Assembly (NCBI GenBank): GCA_963808625.1
Contig: CAWEHK010000044.1
Span: 1-64,000 of the forward strand
Source of the DNA: an uncultured delta proteobacterium
GTDB taxonomy: Bacteria; Desulfobacterota; Syntrophobacteria; Syntrophobacterales; Syntrophobacteraceae
Reading direction: 5' to 3'
Length of the DNA stretch: 64,000 nucleotides
Positions within the stretch are counted from its first letter, which is position 1, and each line of letters starts with the position of its first letter. The translations under genes were made by a program, and so were the position numbers. Shown here in pieces: positions 53,963 through 64,000 of this stretch. The notes below the pieces were generated by a model that saw nothing but the letters and a program-made list of their open reading frames with translations, made no database searches and was not told the origin of the DNA.

Positions 53963-55063
53963 ATGGAAAAAGGAAGTCCGGAAAGCCCCCGCCACCTGAG
54001 AATGAGCCTGGCTGCAGCGATGACCCTGGGCTTTCAACCCGGCCTCTTTTACCGGAATGCCCGGCTCCATTGCATCAACCTGCTCTTGACGTACGGCACG
54101 GGCTGCTCCGCCAGGTGCTCGTATTGCGGCCTATCCGGCAGCCGCCCCGGGATTCCTTCAGGGAAAAGCTTCATCAGGGTCACCTGGCCGACTTATCCCC
54201 TGGAAGACATCATCCGGAGCATCTCGAAGCGCCAGGATAAGGTTAAGAGAATCTGCATCTCGATGCTGACCAACCAGCGCGCGGTGCAGGATACGAAAGA
54301 GGTTTGCGCAAGGCTGCGGGCAAGCTTCGATATCCCGGTCTCGCTGCTGATTTCACCCACTCTGGTCAGCTACCAGGATCTGGTGGACTTCAAGACCGCC
54401 GGAGGGGACAAAATCGGGGTGGCTATTGACCTGGCAACGCCTGCACTGTTTGATCGTTACCGGGGCGCCGGTGCGGGAGGCCCTCATCGATGGGAGACTT
54501 ACTGGAGCTGTCTTGCCGATGCCATCCGCGTCTTTGGGAACGGTAATGCAGGGTCTCATTTCATGGTAGGGATGGGCGAAACGGAAAAGGAGATGTGCCG
54601 GGCCATTCAGCGGGTCAGAGACCTGGGAGGACGTACGCATCTCTTCTCCTTTTTTCCCGAAGCCAACTCGGTCATGGCAGACCATCCTCAACCTCCCATG
54701 GACCAATATCGCCGTATCCAGTTAGCCCGCTTCCTGATTGATAACGGAGCAAGCAGGGCCGACCAGTTTGTCTATGACGCCCGTGAGCAGCTTACGGATT
54801 TTGGCATTCACCGGGAACTGCTCGAGGACACCATCGATTCCGGCGAACCTTTTCGCACCAGCGGCTGCGCTGGCTACGACGGGGAAGTCGCCTGCAATCG
54901 TCCTTACGCAAACGATCGTCCGGGACCAGGCATTCGGAATTTTCCCTTCCGCCCGAATAGAGCGGATATAAGGCGGATTCGGATGCAGATGAAGCCGCCA
55001 CGTCACAACCGATCCGAGACGCAAAAAGACGGCGTAAGAAGAAGGGCGCAAGAAGATGATTGA
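53963..55063 (+). CDS. Radical SAM protein, LipS2-like
   Basis: CSARCSYC and TSGC...CNRP motifs. Confidence 0.78.
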   Translation: MEKGSPESPRHLRMSLAAAMTLGFQPGLFYRNARLHCINLLLTYGTGCSARCSYCGLSGSRPGIPSGKSFIRVTWPTYPLEDIIRSISKRQDKVKRICISMLTNQRAVQDTKEVCARLRASFDIPVSLLISPTLVSYQDLVDFKTAGGDKIGVAIDLATPALFDRYRGAGAGGPHRWETYWSCLADAIRVFGNGNAGSHFMVGMGETEKEMCRAIQRVRDLGGRTHLFSFFPEANSVMADHPQPPMDQYRRIQLARFLIDNGASRADQFVYDAREQLTDFGIHRELLEDTIDSGEPFRTSGCAGYDGEVACNRPYANDRPGPGIRNFPFRPNRADIRRIRMQMKPPRHNRSETQKDGVRRRAQEDD

Positions 55064-55146
55064 CAGACCGGAGCCTTATGCTGCATCTATTGATAAAATA
55101 ATACTACCGGGAACAATGCCGTAAACCTCCATACGAGGAGGTTATT

Positions 55147-57225
55147 ATGTACAGGCTGGTCCGCGTCGAAGATCAGTTTCAAGTAGTTGAGGGAAGCGTA
55201 TCCGGGGACACACTTCCCCCCCATCAAGCCCAACCTCCCGATTTCCAGGAAACCATCGCCCCGCTCTGGAATCCATGCACACAACTGGAGAAGCAGTTCT
55301 GGAGGGATTTCGTAAGAACCGGAAGTGCCAGGCCGGCCCAGGTGCGCAGCACCATCATCGAGTCCTGGGAACGGTGCCGAAAGGTCAATGTGGAATTCGA
55401 CCGGGGCAAATGCTGGGACCTCATTTCCGGAAGCGAGCTGGAGAAAAGAAGGGGCTTGCTGTGTGAGATCTCCGAGCCCATCATGGAAACCCTCTATCAG
55501 TGCGTGCGCGGTTCGGGCCAGGTGATCGTGCTGGTGGACAAAGATGGATATATCCTCGCCAGCCTTGGTGATTTGACGTCACTCCGGCAGGCCGAGAAGC
55601 TGAACTTCGGACCCGGAGCCAACTGGTCTGAACGCAGTGTCGGTACTAATGCGATCGGCACGGCGCTGGCAATAGGGCTCTCGCTGCATGTCACCGGCGC
55701 CGAACATTATTGTGAAACGCACCATACGTGGACCTGCGCTGCAACGCCCATCCGTGATCCGGAGGGGGGGATCATGGGGTGTCTGGATATCTCCGGCCCC
55801 CGTGAGAAGGCCCATTTCCACAGCCTCGGAATGACCGTGGCCGCCGTGCGCGCCATCGAAGAACGATTGCGTCTCGAACAGTCACACGAATACTACCTGA
55901 ATGTGAGCAAACATCTTGCGACCGTCTTCAATTCGGTCTCGGAGGGACTCATCACCATCGACAATCGGGGGCAGGTCACCGCGATCAATATGTCGGCAGC
56001 CAGGCTTTTGAATCTGCACCCGAGGGACCTCGTCGGAAGGCCCATCGATGAGATCGTACGAATGGACCATAAACTTCGCAGTTTCATGGATACCGGGCGG
56101 GAATACGCTGAGGAAGAATTGCTGCTGAAGTCGGAAAAGGGAGCGGTGCGCTGCATCGGGTCCGCGAATCCCATCTGCGGCGAGAATCGATCGAGACTGG
56201 GGGCGGTGCTTACTTTTACTAAAATGAAAAGATCTTTTCATTCCCCAAGTGGGAGCGGGACGGAAGGGGCCGATACCCGATTCCTGTTCAAGGACATTAT
56301 CGGTGAAAGCCTGGTCATGCAGGAAACCCTGGAAAAGGCGAAACGATTTGCCAAGGGGCCTTCCACCATTCTCCTGCTGGGTGAAAGCGGCACCGGCAAG
56401 GAGCTGTTCGCCCAGGCAATTCACAATGCCAGTGATCGCCGGAACGGGCCCTTCGTGTCGGTCAGTTGCGGCGCCATACCCGGAGAATTGATCCAAAGCG
56501 AGCTTTTCGGCTATGTCGAAGGGGCCTTTACCGGTGCAAAGAAGGGAGGCCGTCCCGGAAAGCTCGAACTGGCGAATGGAGGTTCTATCTTTCTGGATGA
56601 GATCGGTGAGATGCCGCTCCCTATGCAGGTGAATCTCCTCAGGGTGCTGGAAGAAAGGGCCATCGTGCGCGTCGGAGATAACCGGGTTATCCCCGTGGAT
56701 GTGAGGATCATCGCGGCAACGAATAGGAGCCTCTATGAAGAAGTTTCGAGAGGGAGATTCAGGGAGGATTTGTTTTATCGGTTAAACGTTATATCCATAA
56801 TTCTGCCGCCGCTAAGAGAGCGAACCGGCGACATAACTTTATTGACTCAATATTACGCGGATCGGATATCCCGAAAAGTCGGCAAGCTCGTCAAGCATAT
56901 AGAACCGGCGGTTTTGGCGACCCTTGAGGCATACCGCTGGCCCGGTAACGTGCGGGAACTCTCCAACGTTCTCGAGTACGCCATCAATATGCTGCAGGGT
57001 GAGGAATTGTTGATCTCTCATCTGCCTCCTTATATGAAGAAGAAACAAATATCGGAACCGCTCCTTGAAGATATGGACATCATCCCCCTGGACTTGATGG
57101 AAAAAAGGGCCATCCAAAACGCCCTCGTCCACTTTGGCGGCAACATAACCAAAGTCGCCAATGCGCTCGGCATCGGCCGCAACACCTTATATGATAAAAT
57201 GAGAAAGTACGGGATTCGGGCTTGA
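55147..57225 (+). CDS. acoR: Sigma54-dependent GAF-PAS-AAA+ activator
   Basis: SWERC, W.E...GTNAIGTAL, GESGTGKE, GAFTGA and Fis-type HTH. Confidence 0.9.
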   Translation: MYRLVRVEDQFQVVEGSVSGDTLPPHQAQPPDFQETIAPLWNPCTQLEKQFWRDFVRTGSARPAQVRSTIIESWERCRKVNVEFDRGKCWDLISGSELEKRRGLLCEISEPIMETLYQCVRGSGQVIVLVDKDGYILASLGDLTSLRQAEKLNFGPGANWSERSVGTNAIGTALAIGLSLHVTGAEHYCETHHTWTCAATPIRDPEGGIMGCLDISGPREKAHFHSLGMTVAAVRAIEERLRLEQSHEYYLNVSKHLATVFNSVSEGLITIDNRGQVTAINMSAARLLNLHPRDLVGRPIDEIVRMDHKLRSFMDTGREYAEEELLLKSEKGAVRCIGSANPICGENRSRLGAVLTFTKMKRSFHSPSGSGTEGADTRFLFKDIIGESLVMQETLEKAKRFAKGPSTILLLGESGTGKELFAQAIHNASDRRNGPFVSVSCGAIPGELIQSELFGYVEGAFTGAKKGGRPGKLELANGGSIFLDEIGEMPLPMQVNLLRVLEERAIVRVGDNRVIPVDVRIIAATNRSLYEEVSRGRFREDLFYRLNVISIILPPLRERTGDITLLTQYYADRISRKVGKLVKHIEPAVLATLEAYRWPGNVRELSNVLEYAINMLQGEELLISHLPPYMKKKQISEPLLEDMDIIPLDLMEKRAIQNALVHFGGNITKVANALGIGRNTLYDKMRKYGIRA

Positions 57226-57360
57226 TCAAAAGGCTTAAGATCCCGCTTGCATGGTGTCTTCTTCCAAAGGATATTGATTTACAGCGGGCCCCGCTGGCGA
57301 AGCTGGATGAGCTTTTCGCCTCCTCTCCAACACGCGTGCCTTCCGGGGAGAGCTCTGACC

Positions 57361-58152
57361 ATGGACACCAGAGCGGGCCAACTCCACTTCGACCGCGAGC
57401 CGGTGAGCGATTTCCGTTCCTTGCTTTCGAAATACAATGCGAAAGAGTTCGCATCGCCCTGCCGTTCCACTGTGCCACTGCTTTCGTTGATCAAAGACGG
57501 CTGGCCCGTCTTCCAGGAGCTGTTGGCCGCTTGTCATCTCCCTCCGGATTCCAACCTGCACTTCGAGTTTAGAGTCCTCCCGCCCAAGGGCAGGGGGAAT
57601 CCATCGCACACGGACGTGATGGTGTTCTCCGCAGACAATGCGCTCGCGCTGGAGGTCAAATGGAGTGAACCGCGCTACGGGACTGTCCGCGACTGGATTC
57701 GGCAGGGGCGCAGCCCGGAGAACCGCCGGAAGGTTATGACGGGTTGGCTCGAATTGCTCCAACCCCAGGCGGCGCGGCCCCTGCGACTGGAGGACTTCTC
57801 CGACGCGGTTTACCAAATGGTTCATCGCGCGGCTTCGGCCTGCGCCCAGGGCAAGCGCCCGCAGCTCGCCTATTTGCAGTTTACCCCTCTTCCCGATGGG
57901 CAGAAAGCTGACAGCGAGCAGAACTACACCGACCTCACCGATTTGCACCGGTTGCTGGGGCATCCATCCGGTTTTCCCTTCCATCTGATCGAGGTTCAAG
58001 TCATGCCCACTGACGCTTTCCGATCGATTGAACGGCTGCCGAAGGGATCATCCAAGACAGCCGAGGCCGTCACTGCGGCCCTCCTCGGCGCCAGTCTGTT
58101 CAAGTTTGAGGGATGGCGGCTTCGAACCATCGACGGACCAGCGACGTCGTAG
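57361..58152 (+). CDS. Putative PD-(D/E)XK nuclease
   Basis: FE...SHTDVM....LALEVKWSE...YQ..HR pattern. Confidence 0.55.
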   Translation: MDTRAGQLHFDREPVSDFRSLLSKYNAKEFASPCRSTVPLLSLIKDGWPVFQELLAACHLPPDSNLHFEFRVLPPKGRGNPSHTDVMVFSADNALALEVKWSEPRYGTVRDWIRQGRSPENRRKVMTGWLELLQPQAARPLRLEDFSDAVYQMVHRAASACAQGKRPQLAYLQFTPLPDGQKADSEQNYTDLTDLHRLLGHPSGFPFHLIEVQVMPTDAFRSIERLPKGSSKTAEAVTAALLGASLFKFEGWRLRTIDGPATS

Positions 58153-58217
58153 CCAAGACCGTCCTCCAACACCGCGCCTTGCGGGGGGAGACTGTGAGAT
58201 GTAGGGTAAATATGGCC

Positions 58218-58247
58218 TTGACGCATATATTCCTTTGAGGGTATATT
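58218..58247 (+). promoter_or_regulatory. Sigma70 promoter with overlapping palindromic operator
   Basis: TTGACG-N18-TATATT; ATG 7 nt after the -10 box. Confidence 0.6.
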
Positions 58248-58253
58248 CCTTCT

Positions 58254-58614
58254 ATGGCATGGGAAGTTGAAGTAACGGAAGAGTTCGAGGCGTGGTGGGA
58301 TGGTCTCGACGAGGCCGAACAGGAAGATGTCGCGGCGGTGGTCATCCTGCTGGAGGCAAAAGGGACCGAACCTGGGGTTCCCTCACAGCTCCAAAGTTCG
58401 AAGCTCGCAATACGGGCAGATGAGAGAACTGCGCATCCAGCACCGAGGCGAGCCATACCGGGTGCTTTATGCTTTCGATCCTCGCCGGGTGGCTCTGCTG
58501 CTGGTCGGCGGCTGTAAGAGCGGCGACGATCGCTGGTATGACAAGTACGTTCCCCTCGCCGATCGTCTGCTGGCGGAACACCTTGAAGGATTGGAGAAAG
58601 AAAGAGGAGTATAG
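58254..58614 (+). CDS. HigB/Gp49-like RelE toxin (frameshifted)
   Basis: GPNLGFPHSS...MRELRIQH.G.PYRVLYAFDP.R.ALLL.GG.K. Confidence 0.85.
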
Positions 58615-58616
58615 TC

Positions 58617-58946
58617 ATGGCGAAATCGTTCAAGAAGCTCAAAGAGAAGATGTCGCCTGAATCGCTGACGCGCGCCAATGAGAAGGCCCAGGAGATGCTC
58701 GATGCCATGCCCCTGCAGGAACTTCGGCAGGCACGGTTGCTCAGCCAGGAACAGCTTGCCAAAGCTCTTCATCTCAAACAGCCAAGCATTTCCAAACTGG
58801 AGAAACGAACCGACATGTACATCAGCACCCTCCGGAGCGTGGTGAAGGCCATGGGGGGTGATCTGGAGATTGTTGCCCGCTTCCCCGACGGGAGTGTTCG
58901 CATCAATCAGTTTGAAGAACTGGATACGGGCACGACCGCTCCCTAG
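58617..58946 (+). CDS. HigA-like XRE antitoxin
   Basis: LQELRQAR.LSQEQLA....QPSISKLEKRTDMYISTLR..V.AMGG.L. Confidence 0.88.
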   Translation: MAKSFKKLKEKMSPESLTRANEKAQEMLDAMPLQELRQARLLSQEQLAKALHLKQPSISKLEKRTDMYISTLRSVVKAMGGDLEIVARFPDGSVRINQFEELDTGTTAP

Positions 58947-59160
58947 GCAGCTTCTCGTGGTCCGTGCGATGGTTGCAACCTTTCAGATTCGAAGCTGAAC
59001 GTCCTCACATGATAGTAGGAGCGGGCCTTGCCCGCGACCAATGCGTGCGGACTGCGCTGAGCGAATAATAGGGCGATTGACGGGACGATGAATTCGCGGG
59101 CAAGGCCCGCTCCTACAGAAAGTGTCGTCACCCCCGCGAAGGCGGGGGGAAGGAGCATTC

Positions 59161-60087
59161 ATGGTGGCGAGGCAGCTGATCGAGTGTGTTCCAAACTTCA
59201 GCGAAGGGCGTCGCAGCGAGGTGATTGAAGCGATTGTGGCGCCATTCCGCAGGCAGAAGGGATGCTATCTCCTGGACTACCGAGCGGACCCCGATCACAA
59301 TCGTCTGGTGGTGAGTCTGGTCGGCCGGGTTGAACCGATTCAAGAGGCATTGCTGGCGGCCTCCCTGGTCGCTGTCGAAAGGATCGATCTCAATACGCAC
59401 CGGGGCGCCCATCCGCGCATCGGAGCGATCGATGTGATCCCCTTTGTGCCCCTGCGAAACATCGCCATGGATGAGTGCGTGCGGCTGGCGCACCGCTTTG
59501 GCAGGCGCTTCCACGAGGCAACCGGAGTGCCGGTTTACTTTTACGAAGAAGCGGCGTTAAGGCCGCAGCGGAGCGCTCTCGAGGTGATTCGCAAGGGCCA
59601 GTTTGAAGCCCTTCGCCATGATGTGACGCTCCCGGAGCGCCATCCCGACCTTGGCGAGCCCTGCCTCCATCCCACGGCCGGGGCTACCATCATCGGGGCA
59701 CGCAAGGTCCTCATTGCCTTCAACGTTAACCTCGCTACCGACAAGCTCGATGTGGCCCGGCAAATTGCCCGGGCGATTCGTTCTTCGAGCGGCGGCCTGA
59801 GCTCGGTTAAGGCGATCGGTCTCGCGCTGGAGGGGCGGGGCATGGTGCAGGTGAGCATGAATGTGGTCGATTATGAGAAGAATGCACTCTACCGCATCGT
59901 CGAATTCATTCGGATGGAGGCCAGGCGCTGGGGGGTGGAGGTGGCCGAAACGGAGGTCTACGGTATGGTGCCGGCAGCCGCGCTCCTCGACAGCGTTTCC
60001 TATTACATGCAGACCGCTCGGTTTGATCCCAGGCAGGTCATCGAACTGGCCGTCCTGGATCAACTGGGTGAAGAAGAGAAGGAATAG
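59161..60087 (+). CDS. ftcD: Glutamate formiminotransferase
   Basis: ECVPNFSEGR, DHNR, H.GAHPR.GA.DV.PF.P and LIAFNVNL. Confidence 0.93.
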   Translation: MVARQLIECVPNFSEGRRSEVIEAIVAPFRRQKGCYLLDYRADPDHNRLVVSLVGRVEPIQEALLAASLVAVERIDLNTHRGAHPRIGAIDVIPFVPLRNIAMDECVRLAHRFGRRFHEATGVPVYFYEEAALRPQRSALEVIRKGQFEALRHDVTLPERHPDLGEPCLHPTAGATIIGARKVLIAFNVNLATDKLDVARQIARAIRSSSGGLSSVKAIGLALEGRGMVQVSMNVVDYEKNALYRIVEFIRMEARRWGVEVAETEVYGMVPAAALLDSVSYYMQTARFDPRQVIELAVLDQLGEEEKE

Positions 60088-60091
60088 GCCC

Positions 60092-60724
60092 ATGAATCTC
60101 GTTGGACTTACCCTCGAGCAGTTTGCCCGCCTCGTTGCAGGCGCCACGCCGACGCCCGGCGGCGGCAGTGTGACGGCGCTGGCGGCGGCGTTGAGTGCAT
60201 CCCTCTGTGCAATGGTCGCTCGGCTCACCCTTGGCAAGGAAAAGCATCGCGACTGCTGGGCCGCCATGGAAAGGCTGAGAGACACGGCGGACGAGCTCAT
60301 CAGCGTATTTCTGAACCTGGTGGAAGAGGACACCGAGCTTACAATGAAGTACTGGCCGCCGGCAAGCTGCCAAAAGAGACCGAGGCGCAAAGAAGCTTCC
60401 GTCAACAGGCTATCGAGAAGGCGTTGGAGCACGCTGCTGCGGTTCCGCTGGCGACGCTGGAAAACCTCCGCCGAATCCCTGACCTGGCGCGTGAAGCTTT
60501 GCAGTATGGCAACCCGAACTGTCTGACCGATGCCGGCGTCGCGGTGCATCTGTTGCGTGCGGCAGCCGCTCGGGGCGGCCTATAACGTCCGCATCAACCT
60601 GTCCGGCATCAAGGACCGGCAACTGGCCGGGGCCCTGGTGGGCCGTGCCGAAGAACTGCTCGCGCAGGTTGGCCGAGCTTCCACGGAATTGGAACGAGTT
60701 GTTGAGCAACGTCTGGGCCAATAG
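60092..60724 (+). CDS. Formiminotetrahydrofolate cyclodeaminase/cyclohydrolase (frameshifted)
   Basis: TPTPGGGSV.AL..A....L..MVA.LT.GK, GNPNC.TDA and YNVRINL. Confidence 0.85.
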
Positions 60725-60884
60725 CGCGACGAAGATCAAAAAGTGGAAAAGATGGAGAAGATGAATATCGAATATCGAACAAGGAATTTCGAATGATGAA
60801 GTTTTCTGTGAACGCCATGCGGGGTAAGCTCGGTGCCCGGAATTTCCACCCTGTGCCAACCGGCCGGCCTGGGAGCTGGTTGCC

Positions 60885-61712
60885 TTAACGCGACTCGCTG
60901 CGGTTACCGGTAAATTCGGTTACCTCCTGCCACCACTTCTCATTTGGGGAAACAGGCCAGGTGTTGTGGCCGGCATTTTTGAAGACCCACAGGCGTTTGG
61001 GAGAGCGGATCGCGTCATAGAAAGCACGCGTCTGCTTATTCGGGATGATTTCGTCGGCATCGGCCATCAGCACGGCGACGGGGTTTTTGAAGTCATTGAG
61101 GTTGGCAGCATTGTCGAAGCGGTCCTTCACCAACCATTTTGCCGGTAAGAACCAGTAAATGGACTGGGCCAGGTCAGGAAGATTGTTCCACGGTGTTATC
61201 AAGACCAGGCCATCGACCGCGAGGGATTTCTCGGAAGCCACGCCGGTTGCCACCGCACATCCCAGCGATTCGCCCCAAACGAAGAGCGGCCCGGGGAATT
61301 CTTGTCTGACCGCTCTCGCGGTGACAATGGCATCGGCAACCAGGCTCTTCTCACCAAGCGTCCCGGTGCGCGCCCCGTACTTTGGATATTCGGCAAGAAG
61401 GACCCGGTAGCCGAGCGGTTCCAGGGCCCTCACATAATGCATGCGGTCGTATGCGGACCCGGCGTTGCCGTGGAAGACCACGACGGTTCCTCGCGAATCG
61501 CCCGCACCGGACAATGTAATCAGTCCCCGGTAAGTCTCATCCGCCTCGGGCCAAAGCTTCACGGGGGAGTCCTTCACCCCTTGCCGGAGTTGGGCGAGTG
61601 AATAGTTGTCAGGATAATAGAGCAGCGCATTCTGGAGCAGATACGCGCCGAGAATCGGGACCGCAAAGAAACCAAAGACGGTCATGAATAAGGTCGTCGA
61701 ATTCGATGCCAT
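60885..61712 (-). CDS. Alpha/beta hydrolase (ABHD/Bem46-like)
   Basis: FHGNAG, GESLG, DEIIP and AGHN. Confidence 0.87.
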   Translation of the reverse strand: MASNSTTLFMTVFGFFAVPILGAYLLQNALLYYPDNYSLAQLRQGVKDSPVKLWPEADETYRGLITLSGAGDSRGTVVVFHGNAGSAYDRMHYVRALEPLGYRVLLAEYPKYGARTGTLGEKSLVADAIVTARAVRQEFPGPLFVWGESLGCAVATGVASEKSLAVDGLVLITPWNNLPDLAQSIYWFLPAKWLVKDRFDNAANLNDFKNPVAVLMADADEIIPNKQTRAFYDAIRSPKRLWVFKNAGHNTWPVSPNEKWWQEVTEFTGNRSESR

Positions 61713-61715
61713 AAA

Positions 61716-61795
61716 GTAGTGGTCAGTGGTCAGTGACTAGTGGCTAGTGACTAGTAGCCAGTGGTCGGTGACTTGTGATCAGTAGTCCGTGATTA
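61716..61795. repeat. Heptamer tandem repeat (AGTGGTC/AGTGACT)
   Basis: About 11 degenerate 7-bp units. Confidence 0.8.
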
Positions 61796-61949
61796 GAGAC
61801 TGTCCAAAAACAACTTGCACTCATTTCAGCCCTTTTTCGAACCACGAAGAACACGAAGAAATCACTTCGTGTTCTTCGTGGTAAAAGAAGGCGCTCTATT
61901 TCTGGACGCTCCCCTAGTGCTTGGTGATGCGTGCTGCCGCAATCACTCC

Positions 61950-62342
61950 TCAAGGATTCCTGGGCTCACCTTGCTTCTCCAGTTCCATGCGCTGGATGAC
62001 ATCGAAAAAACGGTCAGCCTCCTCGATACTCTTGAAGATGGGCACGTGGCGCAGGCTGTTGGCAATTTCGAAGACGCGGGCGACCTGCGGCTGCAGCTTC
62101 GTCAAAACAACGCTGCCGTTTTGTGCCTTGATCGCCTCTCTGGCCCTGAAGATCGCGCGCAGTCCCATACTGCTTATGTATTCCAACGCCTCCATGTCGA
62201 AGGTCACCAGTTGTACGCCGTTTGACAGCAGTTCGGCGAGCTTCTCTTCGAATTGAGGGTAGGTGTTGGAATCGAGCCTTCCACCCACGGCGACCAGATA
62301 GAAGCCTTCCCTCCGCTTCTCTGTGGTGATCGTCAGAGACAT
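61950..62342 (-). CDS. STAS domain anti-sigma factor antagonist
   Basis: GRLDSNT...DM..LEYISSMGLR. Confidence 0.88.
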   Translation of the reverse strand: MSLTITTEKRREGFYLVAVGGRLDSNTYPQFEEKLAELLSNGVQLVTFDMEALEYISSMGLRAIFRAREAIKAQNGSVVLTKLQPQVARVFEIANSLRHVPIFKSIEEADRFFDVIQRMELEKQGEPRNP

Positions 62343-62377
62343 GAGCCCCGCCTCCATTGCCGCACCGGTGAAAGGAT

Positions 62378-64000
62378 TTATCCCGCCTTGCCCGCATTCA
62401 TGACCTTTGCCCAGGTGTCGCGAAGGGTCACCGTGCGGTTGAACACCAGGGCCCCCGTGCGGGAGTCCTTGGTGTCGACACAGAAATACCCCAGCCTCTC
62501 GAACTGGTACGAGCTGCCCGGAGCCGCTTCGGCCAGACCAGGCTCGACGTAGCAGGGTTTCAGCACCTGCAGGGAGTGGGGATTGATGAAGGCGCGAAAG
62601 TCATCGCCCTCTTTATCGTCGCTGGGATTGGCCTTGGTGAACAGGCGATCGTACAGACGCACCTCCACTTCCACGGCATGGGCAGCCGAAACCCAGTGCA
62701 GGGTCGCTTTGACCTGGCGGCCGTCGGGGGCCCCGCCGCCTCGTGTCTCGGGGTCGTAGGTGCAGCGCAGTTCTTCGATTTCACCCGTGTCCGGGTTCTT
62801 CACCACGCCCACACATTTGATGAAATACGCATACCGCAGGCGGACTTCGCGGCCAGGCGCCAGGCGGTAGAATTTGGACGGCGGTTCTTCCATGAAATCC
62901 TCGCGCTCGATGTAGAGCACCCGCGAAAAAGGCACCATCCGCGAACCCATGGCAGGGTCTTCCGGGTTGTTCACCGCTTCCAGCTCTTCCACCAAACCTT
63001 CCGGATAGTTCTCGATCACCACGCGCAGGGGACGCAGGACCCCCATCACCCGCGGGGCGCGCTTGTTGAGGTCCTCACGCACGCAGTATTCGAGCAATTG
63101 CACATCAACCAGGCTGTCGGCCTTGCCCACTCCGATGCGTTCGCAGAAATTCCGGAGGGCCTCAGGGGTGTAACCCCGCCGGCGAATTCCGGCCAGCGTC
63201 GGCATGCGCGGGTCATCCCATCCGGTCACATGCCCTTCGGCAACCAATTTCAGCAGCTTGCGCTTGCTCAAAACGGTGTAGCTGAGGTTGAGCCGGGCGA
63301 ATTCGATCTGCTGCGGATGATAGATGCCGAGTGCGTCAAGGAACCAGTCATAGAGGGGACGATGATCTTCATATTCCATGGTGCAGATGGAATGGGTGAT
63401 TCCCTCGAGGGAATCCGACTGTCCGTGAGCGTAATCGTACATGGGGTAAATGCACCACTTGTCTCCGGTCCGATGGTGCGATTCCTTCTTGATCCGGTAG
63501 AGGACGGGATCACGCAGGTTCAGATTGGGCGAAGCCATATCGATTTTGGCGCGAAGCACGCAGGCGCCGTCTTCGAACTCACCGGCCCGCATGCGCTCAA
63601 AGAGATCGAGGTTCTCGGCAATCGAACGGTTGCGATAGGGGCTCTCTTTGCCGGGTTCGGTGAGGGTGCCCCGGTAGTCCCTGATTTCGTCCGCACTCAA
63701 GCTGTCCACATAGGCTTTGCCGGCCTTGATCAGTTGCACGGCCCACTGGTAGAGCTGCTCGAAATAGTCGGACGCGTAGTACAAGCGATCGGCCCAGTCA
63801 AATCCCAGCCAGTGAACATCCGCCAGGATCGATTCGACATATTCGATGTCTTCCTTGCTGGGATTGGTGTCGTCGAACCGAAAGTTGCACAGCCCGCCAA
63901 ATTCTGCAGCCAGGCCGAAGTTCAAACAGACGGATTTGGCATGGCCAATGTGCAGGTACCCGTTGGGCTCGGGAGGGAATCGGGTCATTACCCGTCCGCC
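62378..64000 (-). CDS. glnS: Glutaminyl-tRNA synthetase (5' end outside window)
   Basis: [23 protein letters not shown] and QFERLGYF. Confidence 0.97.
   Translation of the reverse strand, partial: GGRVMTRFPPEPNGYLHIGHAKSVCLNFGLAAEFGGLCNFRFDDTNPSKEDIEYVESILADVHWLGFDWADRLYYASDYFEQLYQWAVQLIKAGKAYVDSLSADEIRDYRGTLTEPGKESPYRNRSIAENLDLFERMRAGEFEDGACVLRAKIDMASPNLNLRDPVLYRIKKESHHRTGDKWCIYPMYDYAHGQSDSLEGITHSICTMEYEDHRPLYDWFLDALGIYHPQQIEFARLNLSYTVLSKRKLLKLVAEGHVTGWDDPRMPTLAGIRRRGYTPEALRNFCERIGVGKADSLVDVQLLEYCVREDLNKRAPRVMGVLRPLRVVIENYPEGLVEELEAVNNPEDPAMGSRMVPFSRVLYIEREDFMEEPPSKFYRLAPGREVRLRYAYFIKCVGVVKNPDTGEIEELRCTYDPETRGGGAPDGRQVKATLHWVSAAHAVEVEVRLYDRLFTKANPSDDKEGDDFRAFINPHSLQVLKPCYVEPGLAEAAPGSSYQFERLGYFCVDTKDSRTGALVFNRTVTLRDTWAKVMNAGKAG

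Overview
A GC-rich bacterial chromosome segment, probably from an anaerobic Desulfobacterota/Syntrophobacterales-like organism (inferred from gene content). Many single-base frameshifts in ordinary genes look like uncorrected long-read errors. From left to right: (1) a defence island at the 3' end of tRNA-Arg(CCT), with a type I R-M system interrupted by a REP-flanked GIY-YIG gene and a degraded toxin-antitoxin-SecB (TAC) module; (2) housekeeping genes (SH3 protein, tatD, maf), a RelE/ParE TA pair, hutUIH and an M20 peptidase; (3) a cupin and selD, both with in-frame UGA codons followed by SECIS-like hairpins; (4) an integron whose decayed integrase points towards its cassette array. The array has six clear attC sites and carries a TIR protein fused to a degenerate RNA polymerase alpha-CTD, an HNH nuclease, an ORF-less group II intron at an attC R' box, a caspase-like protease, a GNAT pair and TA-like pairs; (5) a 24-kb sigma54/AcoR-controlled acetoin/butanediol dehydrogenase cluster that also encodes an 11-heme cytochrome c-NarI protein, an HdrD-like protein, a lipoyl carrier and two lipoate assembly routes; (6) a nuclease with HigBA, ftcD, a cyclodeaminase, a hydrolase, a STAS protein and partial glnS. 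Intergenic spaces hold nested REP/MITE-like repeats. The best novelty candidates are the TIR-alphaCTD decoy cassette, the lipoyl carrier/HdrDE-like module and the Sec cupin.
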